Shown here: positions 24,268 to 36,960 of the stretch, piece by piece
Layout of the letters: every line of letters starts with the position of its first letter
How positions within the stretch are numbered: position 1 is the stretch's first letter
Source of the DNA: Leucoraja ocellata
Lineage: Eukaryota
Direction: 5' to 3'
DNA length: 64,000 bases
Assembly: GCA_036785375.1 (NCBI GenBank)
Contig: JAWMAR010000137.1
Location: forward strand, 1,736,001 to 1,800,000
The notes under the pieces: model-generated
Seen by the model: only the letters and a program-made list of their open reading frames with translations
Database searches by the model: none
What the model was told of the DNA's origin: nothing
Made by a program: the position numbers and the translations under genes

Positions 24268-25160
24268 TAGCTGCGGCTCTGGCCAGCAGCGGCCTCTGCA
24301 GCCTGTCCGCGTTTTTATTATTTTTTGTCTGTGTTTTTATGTAGTTTTTGTTATTTTATGTTGGGGTGTGTGTGTGGGGGGATGGGGGTGGGGTGGGAGG
24401 GGGGGGGGAAACTTTTGAATCTCTCCCTGCACTGGAGACCCGACCTTTTCTCGTCGGGTCTCAGGTGTCGTTGAGGCCGCAACGAGGAGCGGCCTCCAAC
24501 GGGAAGAAGCCGGGGACTCTGGTGCCGACTCACCGTTGCCGTCGCGGAGCTGGCCGAGACCGGAGCGGGTGGAGCGGTGGAGGAGCGCTGCTGCTGCTGC
24601 TGCCACTGCTACTGCTGCTGCTGCTGCCGATGCTGCTGCTGCTGCTGAGTCGGAGGCTGCTACTGCGGGTCTGCGGACGGCGGCACCGGGAGCCCGCGGA
24701 TCCCTGGAGGGAGACCGCTTTTCGGGGCTCCTGCAGCGGCGAATTCTCCCGCCCGTGTTGCGGGGTTGAAGAGCTCCTGGAGCGGGGCCTGACACCACTG
24801 CCCCGCGCGGCTGGAATGGCCGCGGGACTTTGCGAGCGCACACCGGGGTCTTTAACACCAAGACCCGGTGTGCGACCTCGCACCACCCGGCGTGGCTTCA
24901 ATGGCCGCGGGACAATCGCCATCGCCAGCCGGGGGCTTTGACTTTGACTCTGACATCGGGGGGGGGGGGGAGAGTGCAGTGGAGAGATAAGTTTTTTTGG
25001 CCTTCCATCACAGCTATGTGATGGATGTTTATGTAAAAATGTAATTATGTTGTGTCTGGGGTCTATTTGTGTGTAATGTATGGCTGCAGAAACGGCATTT
25101 CGTTTGGACCTCCAGGGGTCCAAATGACAATTAAATTGACTCTTGACTCTTGACTCTTGA
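24268..25160 (+). mobile_element. GC/CpG-rich non-coding retroposon (~890 bp) with (CTCTTGA)n tail
   Basis: Its 3' ~350 bp match 63642-64000 (reverse complement); tandem tail; internal (CTG)n; several hairpins. Confidence 0.75.
24587..24647. repeat. Imperfect (CTG)n trinucleotide run
   Basis: Read directly. Confidence 0.9.
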
Positions 25161-25337
25161 AGTGTGTATGAAGGAACTGCGGATGCTGGTTTAAACCGAA
25201 GAGAGACACAAAATGCTGGAGTAACTCAGCGGAAGAAGGGTCAGTCTGAAGAAGGGTCTCGACCCGAAACGTCGCCCATTCCTTCTTTCCAGAGATGTTG
25301 CCTGTCCTGCTGAGTTATTCCAACTTTTTGTGTCTAA
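25161..25337. mobile_element. Penelope-like inverted pLTR pair
   Basis: Minus half ~25161-25231; plus half 25241-25337 beginning with CTGAAGAAGGGTCTCGACCCGAAACGTC. Confidence 0.8.
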
Positions 25338-25358
25338 ATTCAGCAGCTGAAGAACAGA

Positions 25359-25625
25359 GTGGCGCTATGCCTTACCCTGTCGAACACCCAAGTTTGATCC
25401 TGACCTCAGGTGCTGTTTGTATGGAGTTTGCACGTTCTACCTGTGACCCCATGGGTTTCCCCCTCCGGTTTCCTCAACCATCCCAAAGACATGCGGTTTT
25501 GGCCTCTGCAAATTGCCCCAGGGGTGTAGGGAATGGACGAGAAAGTGGGATGAGAATAGAACCAGTGTGACGGTGTGATCGATGGTCGGCATGGGACGAA
25601 GGGCCTGTTTCCATGCTGTATTAAT
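25359..25625 (+). mobile_element. Diverged HE1-type SINE
   Basis: V-domain and tail recognisable. Confidence 0.65.
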
Positions 25626-26306
25626 TCAATCAATGTCTCCCTTTCTAATAAACAGAGGTTGTTGGATGCTGTTAATATGGCAAGGAGGCGTTTGGTGAGT
25701 CAGAGTCATAGAATCATACACCACAGTAACAAACCTTCTAGTCCATCATGTCCATGCTGACCTTTTTGCCCTTCTACACTAATCTTATTTGCCTGCATTA
25801 GGACCTTATTTTCTTTGCCTTGCCTAGTCCAGTGTATGTCTATTGCCTCTTAAATCTAGTGATGGGGAAAGATAAATGTGAAGAAACAGACTCTGGTCAT
25901 CCATAACGAGCCATTTAACAACCACATCATCCATCGCATGAGCTTCAGCATGAGCAAGAACATCTGACAGCAGGGATTAAGCTTGCAACAGTAACTCAAC
26001 ATGGTCCCTCCATAACAGGAAAGTCAAACAAAACTGCAGACATTAGAAATCCAAAATTAAAGCAGATAGAGCTGGCAGTAAGACGGTCAAACAGCATATT
26101 GTGGAGAGACACCAATCAAAGCCCTTCATCAGAATTGCAAAAGTGATAAGGCAAATGTATCTTGTTGCAAAGCAAATAAAAGTCATATCTGTGAGAGGGG
26201 GGAGACCAAGATTTTTCAGGTCCTTGAGTTAATAGATGAATGGGGGCCGTTAGAATACAAAGAAAAAAGACTCTTTGGGAAAGAGAAGCCATTAACTGAT
26301 TTATTT

Positions 26307-26617
26307 TTTAGTTTAGTGTAGTTTAGTTTAGAGATACAGCGCGGAAACAAGCCATTCGGCCCACTGAGACCCTGTCGACATGCAATCCCCATACACTAAC
26401 ATTATCCTGCACGCACTAGGGACAATTTACAATTTTACCAAGCCAATTAGTCTGCAAATCTGTACGGCTTCGGTGTGTGGGAAGAAACCGGAGCTCCCAG
26501 AGATAACCCACACAGGTCACGGGGAGAACGTACAAACCCCGTACAGCCAGCACCCGTAGTCAGGATCCAACCTGGGCCGTAAGGCAGCAACTCTACCGCT
26601 GTGCCACCGTGCCACCC
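26307..26617 (-). mobile_element. HE1-type V-SINE
   Basis: Aligns with the other copies. Confidence 0.85.
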
Positions 26618-27239
26618 TCTAAGAAATCTCCAAGAAATATTCAATCAGAGTTGACAACTTCAATTGAGGAAGAGATGGGTGCTGAAGGCTATTATTTAAA
26701 AAAGTTAGAAAATAAATTACATGCTGTTGGCAAAATAAATAAGAATAAGGACAGAAAAGGCATGAGAGAGTGAAAAAAAAGTCATGGTCATACAGCATGG
26801 AACCTGGCCCCTTGGCTCACCGAGTCCATGTGGGTCATTAAGCACTTGAGCTAATTTTATCCTTCTCCAGTTTATATTCCCCACTGGTGGAGAGAGGCAG
26901 AGTAAACTACAGGAGAAAGTAGAAAATGACAGCAAAAGAATAAAAATGAGGGATGAAGAGTTAGATGACGAAGGAAGAGGGAACGAGGGGGAAAAGGGGC
27001 AGACCAGATAATTAAGAAGGAATCTATGAAAATCATGTAAGCTTTGCTGAGACTCAAGAAGGTTCTCTGCTGAAGACGTTCATCTGAGCCCAACAACAGG
27101 GACTACATAGGCTGAAGCAAAATAGGAGGAATTCAGGAATTCAGGAATAGCATTGGAGGAATTCAGGAATTCTGAGTTACTCAAGTATTTTGTGTCTATC
27201 TTCTGTGTATAACCAACATCTGCAGTGCCTTCCTACCTC

Positions 27240-27405
27240 TCCCAAAGATGTGCAGGTTTGTAGGTAAATTAATCTTTGTAAATTTCCTCTGGTGTGCAGG
27301 GAGTGGATGAGAATGTGGGCAACTTTGGAACAGGTGATCTATGGTCAGTGTGGACTTGAAGGGTCAAAGGACCTGTTTCAACACTGTACCTCTCAATTAA
27401 TCTAA
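27240..27405 (+). mobile_element. HE1-type SINE 3' half
   Basis: CCCAAAGATGTGCAGGTTTGTAGG through to the tail. Confidence 0.6.
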
Positions 27406-27459
27406 ACAGAAAACCTCATCTCAAGAACAGATGCGACAAAGACAGAGAAACTGAGAAAA

Positions 27460-27740
27460 AATGATGACATTCCTACAAGAGGGTGAATGTGAGGACATGT
27501 AGTCTAAGTAGCTTTGGGAATCAGCGTGCTAATAGTAAATGTTAGTGGATAGTTTGTACCCCGAGATGGAGACAGGAAGGTCCTGAGAGAGAGAGATGTC
27601 AGAAATGATCCAAGTGAATTTGACAGCAGGATGGTAGTTAGTATCAAAGGTGAAAACATTGATAGGTTCTATATCAATGCATTAGTCAACATAGCAGAGA
27701 AAGATTGTTGAGGGTTGTAAGAGTAGGTTTGGAACAAGGA
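27460..27740 (-). pseudogene. Degenerate Penelope-like RT core fragment
   Basis: Minus translation FLCYVD*CI (a decayed RYIDD motif) followed by a YKLST...LDY-like segment. Confidence 0.55.
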
Positions 27741-27742
27741 CT

Positions 27743-27830
27743 AGGGTTTCGGCCCGAAACGTCACCTATTTCCTTCGCTCCATAGATGCTGCTGCACCCG
27801 CTGAGTTTCTCCAGCATTTTTGTGCACCTT
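27743..27830 (+). mobile_element. Penelope-like pLTR fragment
   Basis: Near-identical to 34630-34717. Confidence 0.85.
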
Positions 27831-29759
27831 CCTGCTCCATGTGGTGGTAGTTTGGAATGTACTGAGAAAGTTGTGGAGGCAGAGACGCTCATAACATTTA
27901 CGAAGACAAGCACCTGAATTGCCATGGCATAAATGGCTAGGGACTGAGTGCTGATAAATGGGTTATATAGATTAGGTTATATTGATAAGTTTGTCATGGT
28001 CACTTTGGACATAGTGGGCCAAAGGGTCTGTGTCTGTGCCATGTGTCACTATGACTCTATGAACAGTGTAATGCAAGAGAAATCGAAACCAGAAGGTCTC
28101 CAAGCCAAAGCTGACACCTTCCAAACACTGATACAATGCAGCAGGGGTGAGGGAGTGTACAATCTGTTCAAAGACTGCTTCAGTTGAATCCATTTCACCT
28201 CTGGAATTGCTGTTGCTGTGAGGAATCGCACAGCTGCCAAGAAACGGAATGAAGCATCGAGTCAGTCAGTGAAATGCAATCTGATGCTCTTTAGGCAGAT
28301 GGTGACTAAAAATAGAGCCACATTTAAAGAATTGGGGAGAGCTGTCTAGATAGAAGTCTGATCACATATTATATATGCTGAGAATACAGGATCAAGTCAT
28401 TCGTCACAAAAGATCTATTCCAATATTTCTGCTCTCCACAAGCCTCCTAGCATATCCCAGCTGACTATCAGCACTTCCTGTACATCAGCCCAACCTGTTC
28501 AAGACAAACATCAAACATTAATGGACACTCATCCTACATAATCCATTATTTTGTTTATTCTCCCCTCATTACCATCTACAGAAGTCAATTTCTATAATGA
28601 CCAATTAATTTATTGACCAACATGTGGAAGAAGCCAGACACTCAGAGGAAACCCACATAGACAGCAGAAGAAATCAGGAATGCACACAGAATACTTGAGC
28701 TGTGAGGCAGTGGCTCTACTATTGCACCATCTCAAATATATGTCAGGTTGCCGCTTTTTGGGCTATCTTTCTGATACCAAAGGCAGGAGAAACAATGTGG
28801 GGGAGTAATCTCTGTTAATGCAAATCCCTTTGCATCCTTAATGGGACCTCCAATTCCAACAAACTTTAAATGATCTGGAGGTAATCAACGACAAGTTGTA
28901 AATAGTGACATGCTCATTCACATCCCATAAATAAATTTAAAATTGGGCTACAGAGCTGTAGCAGAGGCATAGTTTAGTGAAGAGCTTGTCTGGGATAGAC
29001 AGTGATTGACCAGCATACATGCCTCAATTGACAAGGCATAATTCCTGAGGGTTGCCATGTCGAATATTGTCTGGCTATCTCAACTTCCACTGTATGTAGA
29101 GGTCAGACCCGCTGTTGGACCTCCCTGAATAGAAGGACGACTATGATAGTGAAGGAGCAACCTTTGAACTCTTGGAATGGGATGGCCCAGACATGATATA
29201 ATAGGACAACATTGTGCCAACACACTCTATCCCAACGGAATGATCAGCATCCAAAATGTGACAGCTTTGAGACTTAAGGGTGACATGTAAGCAGATACCC
29301 AGCAAAAGCTAACCTTGCTTCTATCACAGTCATGTTTGGTTATTTATCTGTGAATGCCTTGACAAAAAAAACAATAATTTACCCTACAAAACACTTCAGA
29401 AGACTGCAGGAAACATTGTTCATGAGTGATAGGAGGAGAATCCGGCCATTCAGTTTATCACGTCTACTCCACCATTAAAATATGGCTGATCTATCTCTCC
29501 TTCCTAACCCCATTCTCCTGCCTTCTCCCCATAACTCCTGGCATTGTTAAATATATACAGGAAAATCTTAGTCCAGTGGCTTGACATCAGGCCCACATTG
29601 TCAACTTAAATCTTCCCGTTCAGTAATCCTTGCCTTAAAAATGGCTCAAAGTGTCCTATTGATCCCTAGTTTTTTCATTGCACTCATCGTGATGTCTTCA
29701 TTGTCTCAGTTCAAACTAGTAGATCTCCACTAATAATTACACCAAAAAGACCCAATCTT

Positions 29760-29995
29760 AGAAACATAGAAAATAGGTGCAGGAGTAGGCCATTCGGCCC
29801 TTCGAGCCTGCACCGCCATTCAATATGATCATGGCTGATCATCCAACTCAGTATCCTGTACCTGCCTTCTCTCCATACCCCCTGATCCCTTTAGCCACAA
29901 GGGCCACATCCAACTCCCTCTTAAATATAGACAATGAACTGGCCTCAACTACCCTCTGTGGCAGAGAATTCCAGAGATTCACCACTCTCTGTGAA
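29760..29995 (-). mobile_element. Young CR1/HER1 3' fragment
   Basis: Almost identical to 8270-8505. Confidence 0.95.
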
Positions 29996-31264
29996 AATCT
30001 TATTCAACCACCAACATTTATATCATCAGAATACATTGAAAAGAGCGCAAAGATCTGTCATGGCTCCACCTATTCCCTAATTTATTTTGCAGAGTCCCCC
30101 AGGGTATTTTCCAGTTGGTCCGGGTGTTATCTTTACAGTTCATGCTACACGTTTCATAGTAACAGATGCATTACTGACCTAAACATATGTTATCAATTCT
30201 CAACTCTCAGATGAGCTCATGGCTTTCATTCCTGAACACTATGAAGTAATGTAACACATATGCCATTTCCTGATTACTCCCCGTGACATTTCTACCTGTG
30301 GCTGACTGGACTTGTCTCGTCTTTAACATTCCAACTACTTCCAAAGTAGCTATAAAGTTTCTTAGGATCCCTGTTGCTGCTGTCATCAATCCATCCCTCC
30401 ATTTCATCACCTTTTTAATTGGCTTTTTAGTCATCTTCCACTAATAATGAGGTGCAGCTCCCAATCCAAATTCACATTCATCTTTTAATATAACCTTTTC
30501 TGGTCCTGAGGATTTAAATCTTCTGAGATTTCTTCCAGGGGTAGATTTATTTATAGGTAATAGGAAATAAGCGTAGGATCAAGTTATGCCAAATCCCAGG
30601 GTATTCTCAGCCCACGTGTACAAAAAGGGTGTGGAATTTTAAACACAGCTTTTGTGTTCATTCTAATGAGAATGTGGGATAACACAGAACTAGCGTGAAA
30701 AGGTGATCGACGATCTGCATGGACTCCGTGCGCCAAAGGGCCTATTTCCATGCTGCATCTCCAAACTATTGAAAGGCTGCAGCCAAAATATCTCCTTAAT
30801 TTACCAGGGAACAGATTCCTGTAGCCAAATGTAACCAGAAAATACTTCCATTTTTTTTTTCAAAACTTAAAAGTGGATTGACACTCTGATTTAAAATATT
30901 TACTTTCAGTAATAAAACTATTTTCAGCCAGTAGAATCAAATTTTATCAAGTTTCCCAGTCTTCAATATATCAAAGAATATTTTTAAAGGGAAATTATTT
31001 TGAAATTGACAGCCAGCCAGGACAGCGCTGGTATCTGCCAGCAGCTCTACCGCTTTCCCAGCATTTTAAATCGAATAAAGCACAGACTGATCATCTGAGA
31101 ATTGCTGTGCTCAAAGATTAATGTTGAACAAGATTCACTCACTCTCACAGTAGCTGCAGATAGAGTAAGCATGCGATGAAATGCCAGGCATTTTCTGTAG
31201 CGTCAAGCCCAAGATTAATTTCTGCTGTACCGTAAGGAAATTAGTGGAGGTTTTTTCCTTACAG

Positions 31265-31690
31265 ATAGAAATATAGAAACATAGAAAATAGGTGCAGGAG
31301 AAGGCCATTCGGCCCCTCGAGCCAGCACCACCATTCAATATGATCATGGCTGATCATCCAAAATCAGTACCCCGTACCTGCTTTTCCCCATAACCCTCGA
31401 TTCCTTTAGCCCGAAGAGCTAAATCTTACTCTCTCGTGAAAACATCCTGTGAATTGGCCTCCACTGCCTTCTGTGGCAGAGAATTCCACAGATTCACAAC
31501 TCTCTAGGTGAAAAGGTTTTCTCCTCATCCCAGTCATAAATGCCCTACCCCTTATTCTTAAACTGTGACTCCTGGTTCTGGTTTCAGGAACATTGGGAAC
31601 ATTTTTCCTGCATCTAGCTTGTCCAAACACTGAAGAATTTTCTATAAGATTCCCTCTCATCCTTCTAAAAGCTGGTGAAACAAAATTAAC
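31265..31690 (-). mobile_element. CR1/HER1 3' fragment
   Basis: RRMRGNLIE...TRSHSLRIRG translation; (TTTCTATR)n tail. Confidence 0.9.
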
Positions 31691-31989
31691 TCGTCCTGAC
31701 ATAGTCCAAAATCTGGGCCCTGTGTTGTAGGGTGGACTCTCTGCTGCAAGGAATGGTGTCTAATAACACAACCGCACGAGTTCCTGGTTTCAAACATACT
31801 TGCTTTTAATCTATCACACCACCAATGGGCCTTCTGAATTGCTTCAACATCGATGCGCAGCCAATTCAACTTCTGGGATCTCTTTAAAAAATATATATTG
31901 CAGCTATTATAAAATGTAGACCATGTAACATCGCCCTGTGACTACATTCTCACATTGTCCGGTGACCAAGTCAACATCAAACTTTGAAA

Positions 31990-32168
31990 GGCAGCATCTC
32001 TGGAGAGAAGGAATGGGTGATGTTTCAGGTCGAGGCCCCTCTTCAGAAGGGTCTCGACCCAAAACATCACCCGTTCCTTCTCTCCAGAGATGCTGCCTGT
32101 CCCGCTGAGTTACTTCAGCATTTTGTGTCTATCTTCGATTTGGACCAGCATCTGTAGTTTTTTCTTAC
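31990..32168. mobile_element. Palindromic Penelope pLTR insertion
   Basis: 16-bp TSD ACATCAAACTTTGAAA (31974-31989 / 32169-32184); inverted arms centred near 32043. Confidence 0.85.
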
Positions 32169-32664
32169 ACATCAAACTTTGAAAACCTCACAAGGCCATT
32201 GAGGACACCATTGCACCATTCTGCTATTTATGCTCATGGACTAAATAACAAGATGGCCAGGAGGTTCACCGAGAAGATACATGGCACAGTGCTTTAGCTA
32301 ATAAAGCTCCTTCCCCAGAGCTCCCGCAACCCAGGTTCAATCCTGACCTCTGGTGCTGTTTCAATGAGTTACTCCAGCTTTTATTGTCTACAGAGAAAAT
32401 AATGCAGGAGTTGCAAAATTGTGTAGGCAGATCAGTTGGGATGTCTTCCACTCCCAGATGAAAAGAAAGAAAAAGTGCAAAGAGCAAAGAGCTAAGAGTG
32501 GGCCAGGTGAGTTGAGAAAGTGTAGAGCTTAATTATGTCATGGAGATCTTTACGATAATGTAGTTGTATGCATTCCATCCCTGGTCAAATATTACACTGT
32601 GATTTGCAAATCTAACTTGGCCTCAGTAATGGGGTTGATATAAATTGGGGTGCCAGAAACCTAG

Positions 32665-33125
32665 AGTTACAGAGTTGTAGAAATAGGCCCTTCTGAACAA
32701 CCACATCCATGTCGACCTTTGTGTCCATCTGCATTAATCCCATTTACCCACATTAGATGTGTATCGTCATTGCCTTGTCTAATTAAGCGCTTGTGTAAAT
32801 GTCTCTTAAATGTAGTGATAGTATCTGACTCCACCATCTCCTCTGGCAGTGAGTTCCAAACGCCAACAAATCTCTGTCTAAACAAAATTACCCTCAAATT
32901 TTCTTTAAAATTCTTTAACCGCATCTCATAGATTGGCCCTTTTGTTTTGGATACCATTACCCTGGGAAACACTATCTTCCCCATCTCTGGTTCTCATAAT
33001 CCTATATACTTCTATCAGTTCCCCCCTAGCTTATTGAGCTCTTAGAAAAACAAATGCAGCCTATGCAATCTCTCCCCATAAATAAAGTCTTCTAATCCAA
33101 GCAACATTCTGGTGAAACTCCTCTC
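32665..33125 (-). mobile_element. Old CR1 3' fragment
   Basis: VGVWNSLPEEMVESDTITTFKRHL translation. Confidence 0.8.
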
Positions 33126-33303
33126 AGATAGAACATAGAACATTGCGAGGTATGGCACAGGAAGAGGCTCTTTGGCTGACAATTGCTGTGCCGAACATGA
33201 TGCCTGGACTAAATCCTATCTGCCTGCCCATAATCTATATCCATCCATCCCCTACACATCCATATGCCTATACAAAAGTATCTTAAATGCCACTATTATA
33301 TCT

Positions 33304-33585
33304 ATAATAATAATAAATAATACATTTTATTTATGGGCGCCTTTCAAGAGTCTCAAGGACTCTTACAAAAATTTAGCAGGTAGAGGAAAAACATGTCAGG
33401 GGAATGAAATAAATAGTAGAGACATGACTAGTACACAAAGTAAATACAGAATTCAATACAAAACACAGTATGAGGCAATTAATGCACAGATGAAAAGGGA
33501 CGGCACGTGGGGCTAAGAATAGGCAGAGGTGAAGAGATGGGTCTCGAGGCGGGACTGAAAGATGGTGAGGGACACGGAATTGCGG
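33304..33585 (-). mobile_element. L2 LINE 3' end
   Basis: Encodes IRNSVSLTIFQSRLETHLFTSAY*; (TTA)n tail; 6-bp TSD ATATCT (33298-33303 / 33586-33591). Confidence 0.8.
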
Positions 33586-33958
33586 ATATCTGCCTCAACC
33601 ATTGCCCTTGGCAGCACATTCCAAGCAACTCACAACCCCATGTACAAATAAATTGCCCAGCACATCTCCTTTAAACTTTTCCCCTTTCACCCTAAAGCTA
33701 TGCCCTCTAGTATTTGATGTTTCTATCCCGGGAAAAAGGTTCTGACTGTCTACCCAAACATTTTATATAAATCTCATAGATTTTATTAAGAGAGCGTATA
33801 AAACCAATGCCTTTCATAAATGTATATACTTCTGTCAGGACTCATCGCAACCTCCGTAATTCTAGAGAAAACAATCCAAGTCTGTCCAACTTCTACCTGT
33901 ATCTAATATCCCCTACTTCTGGCATCATTGTTGTCAGTCTCCTCTGAGCACTTTCCAA

Positions 33959-34750
33959 GTCCTCCGTCATTTTCGCCACCTCCAACGTGACCCCACCACT
34001 CGCCACATCTCCCCATCTCCCCCCATCCCCCCCCGTCTGCTTTCCTCAAAGCCCGCTTCCTCTGTAACTCCCTGGTCAATTCTTCACTTCCCTCCCGCAC
34101 CACCCCCTCCCCGGGCACTTTCCCTTGCAACCGCAAGAGGTGCTACACTTGTCACTTTACCTCCCCCCTCGACTCCATTCCAGGACCCAAGCAGTCGTTC
34201 CAGGTGCGACAGAGGTTCACCTGCATCTCCTCCAACCTCATCTGTTGCATCCGCTGCTCTAGATGTCAGCTGATCTACATCGGTGAGACCAAGCATAGGC
34301 TTCACTGATAACCTCCGCTCGGTCCGCATTAACCAACCTGACCTCCCGGTGGCTCAGCACTTCAACTCACCCTCCCATTCCGAATCCGACCCCTCTGTCT
34401 TGGGCCTCCTCCATGGCCAGAGTGAGCATCACCGGAAACTGGAGGAGCAGCACCTCTTATTCCGCTTGGGCAGTCTGCACCCTAGCGGCATAAACATTGA
34501 ATTCACCAATTTCCGATAGCCCTTGCTGTCTCCTCCCCTTCTCAGCAGTCCCTCGGGCTCCTCCTCTTCCATTTTCCTTTCTTCTCCCCATCTCCCCCCC
34601 CCCCCCCCACACCCTACATCAGTCTGAAGAAGGGTTTCGGCCCGAAACGTTGCCCATTTCCTTCGCTCCATAGATGCTACTGCACCCGCTGAGTTTCTCC
34701 AGCACTTTTGTCTACCTTCAATTTACCAGCATCTGCAGTTTCTTCTTAAA
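33959..34750 (+). mobile_element. 5'-truncated Penelope-like element: GIY-YIG endonuclease region plus pLTR
   Basis: 10-bp TSD CACTTTCCAA (33949-33958 / 34751-34760). Translation PCNRKRCYTC...SSNLICCIRCSRCQLIYIGETK...VAQHFN...KLEEQHLLFRLG. Confidence 0.92.
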
Positions 34751-35334
34751 CACTTTCCAAAGCCTTCACATCCATCCTCTAAAGGGGCCACCAGAACTGC
34801 ATGCGATACTCCAAATGCAGCCTAACCAAAGTCTTATAAACCTGCATCATAACTTCCTGACTTATCTCAAATCCTCGACCATGAAACAAGCATAGCATAT
34901 GCCTTCTCTACCATTCTATCTACTTGTATTCCACTTTCAGGGAGCTATGGATTTGGTTTCCAACATCCCTCTGTACCTCAATGCTGTTGAGGGTCATGCC
35001 ATTAATTGTACATTTTCCCCTTACATTCGACCCTCCAAAGTGCAACACCTAACAATTGCTTGGATTAAATACCATCTGCCATTTCTCCAACCCTCCTAGT
35101 GCTATGTAATGAGAACTTTAAGTTGAGTGCCAGGAAGCCAGGAGGCATTTTTCCATCTTAAGGTGAGGCACTAGAAACAAATCCTGAAGATATATTGTTC
35201 AATCTCAGAATCGAGTGCCAATATTCATTTAAATTACAATTCCAAACTTTACCAAATACAATTCCAAATAGAAGACTGCAGATTTCTTGCAAGCTGTTTA
35301 AATCTGATTAGTCTCTAGGTTAAATTAGAGCTTT

Positions 35335-35359
35335 CTATATATATATATATATATATATA
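35335..35359. repeat. (TA)n microsatellite
   Basis: Read directly. Confidence 0.95.
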
Positions 35360-35361
35360 AG

Positions 35362-35565
35362 GTCCTTTTCATGATCTCAGGATGTCCCCTGGGCTTAAAT
35401 GGCCAAAAAATCATTTATTTTGTTGTGATGTAGGAAACACAAAAGCAACGTTCTGCATAACAAGTTCCCACAAGCAGGGAAGTGCTAAAGGGCAAGATGA
35501 CCTGTTTGTCTGCTAATGTTAGTTGGGAGGTAAATCCTGACACCAAGGAGAACTTCCCTACGACA
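35362..35565 (-). mobile_element. Deu-type SINE 3' relic
   Basis: Loose similarity to 36610-36800. Confidence 0.4.
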
Positions 35566-36609
35566 AATGTAATGCCAGCTCCTGGGAGAGAGAAATCAGA
35601 ACAGATGTGTTTTTAAAAACTCAGTTCCCAGTTTTTGCTAAGGTTAGCAGAGATGTTAAAAACAACATTGCCCCAGGCCATTTATATGCGTCATCTACAG
35701 AGCCAGTGTATCATTTCAATTTGGTGCACCCCAAACCATTTTACAAGGTGGGAAGATTCTATTTCCAGACTGAAGCCAGCTTTTTTTTTGCTGAACAGAC
35801 ATCTCCATCGAGGCTGGTCCAAACAATTGTTTTCTGCCCCTCAATAGGAACTGAAGCAGAGGAACTGTTTGCTCTGAGATCCACTTTGCAACTCAAGAGG
35901 GGTGAAAGGGCTAAGTTCAGACATGTGGTTACAGAGTGAAGATTGTGAAACATCTTCATCCTCATGGATAGCAAATCACCATCAGAAACATGACCTTGAC
36001 AGCACCAGAGACAGTCCCCAAGTTACCAGAGGATGTGCGCGGAATATAGAAAGAAAAATCCTGTTGTTTTTCGGGACATAAGAAAACAGTTAAATGAAAT
36101 GACTTGGCTGCAGCTTGCAATCTGCTTTTAATATATTAATCCCCAGCTGTGGGGTTGTAGTTTAGCAGCAGAGTGGATGAGGTCAATCCACAACACTCTG
36201 CACAACAGTTACAAATACGCCAGGAATTAAACCCTGCTTTAGGAAGGATAATGTGTAAGTCATTTGGGGATTTTAAAATCCTTTCAACTCTCTTTGTCTG
36301 AACAAGACAGTGTGCAGGCAGTGCTGACAGCAAGAGAGAGCAACTTTGAAAGAATAGCTGGTGACCGACCACTAACTATTATGCCTGTTGCCCTTTGAAC
36401 TTGCTTCCTACATGTGTTCAAAAGTAGAACATCTGGAAAAATAATAATTTCTCCCCTCCAGTAATGAGTTAATTTCTGAAATGATAAACGAGACAGCTGT
36501 CAGTACTCAGGAATAGATCACTGTTTTCAACTGACCTCATTTTGCACAGTCAGACGGATGCTGAGGATCATATAAAAGAAAGACTTGTACGTGCTCAAAA
36601 TCTTTCACA

Positions 36610-36960
36610 TCCTAATGAGGACCTCCCCAAGTACCCCACAACCAATGCATATTTGAGAAGTATAGTCACCATTGCAATAACAAAGTGATGCCAATTAGTG
36701 CACAACAAGCTCTCACCAGCAGTGTTGAGACAATGACGAGATAACCTTTTTTGTAATATTGATTCAGTGACAAATATTGGCCTGTGGAGACAATTGCCCT
36801 GTTCTTCAATATTGGAATCTCTTGCTTCCACCCAACGGAGTAAATGAGGCCTTGATTTAATGTCACACCCAATAGCAGGACCCTCTCAGCATTGCACTGG
36901 AAAGTTCGGGGAACAAGACTTACATGTACCACCACTGACAGGGACAACAATTCTACCCAC
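36610..36960 (-). mobile_element. Deu-domain SINE relic
   Basis: GAGGCCTTGATTTAATGTCACACCC...CTCTCAGCATTGCACTGGAAAGT resembles the reverse-complemented Deu domain. Confidence 0.55.

Larger units (their letters stand above)
33128..35095 (-). mobile_element. Old CR1 LINE interrupted by an L2 piece and a Penelope element
   Basis: CR1 sequence resumes across both TSD-flanked inserts. Confidence 0.75.

Noticed and set aside
24337-25123. Overlapping 174-197-aa ORFs with poly-Ala/Leu/Ser runs
   Set aside because: Produced by GC richness and the (CTG)n run inside a dispersed repeat; open on both strands with no domain similarity.
29760-29995. Segmental duplication with 8270-8505
   Set aside because: Identity stops at the CR1 boundaries; these are two young copies of one subfamily.
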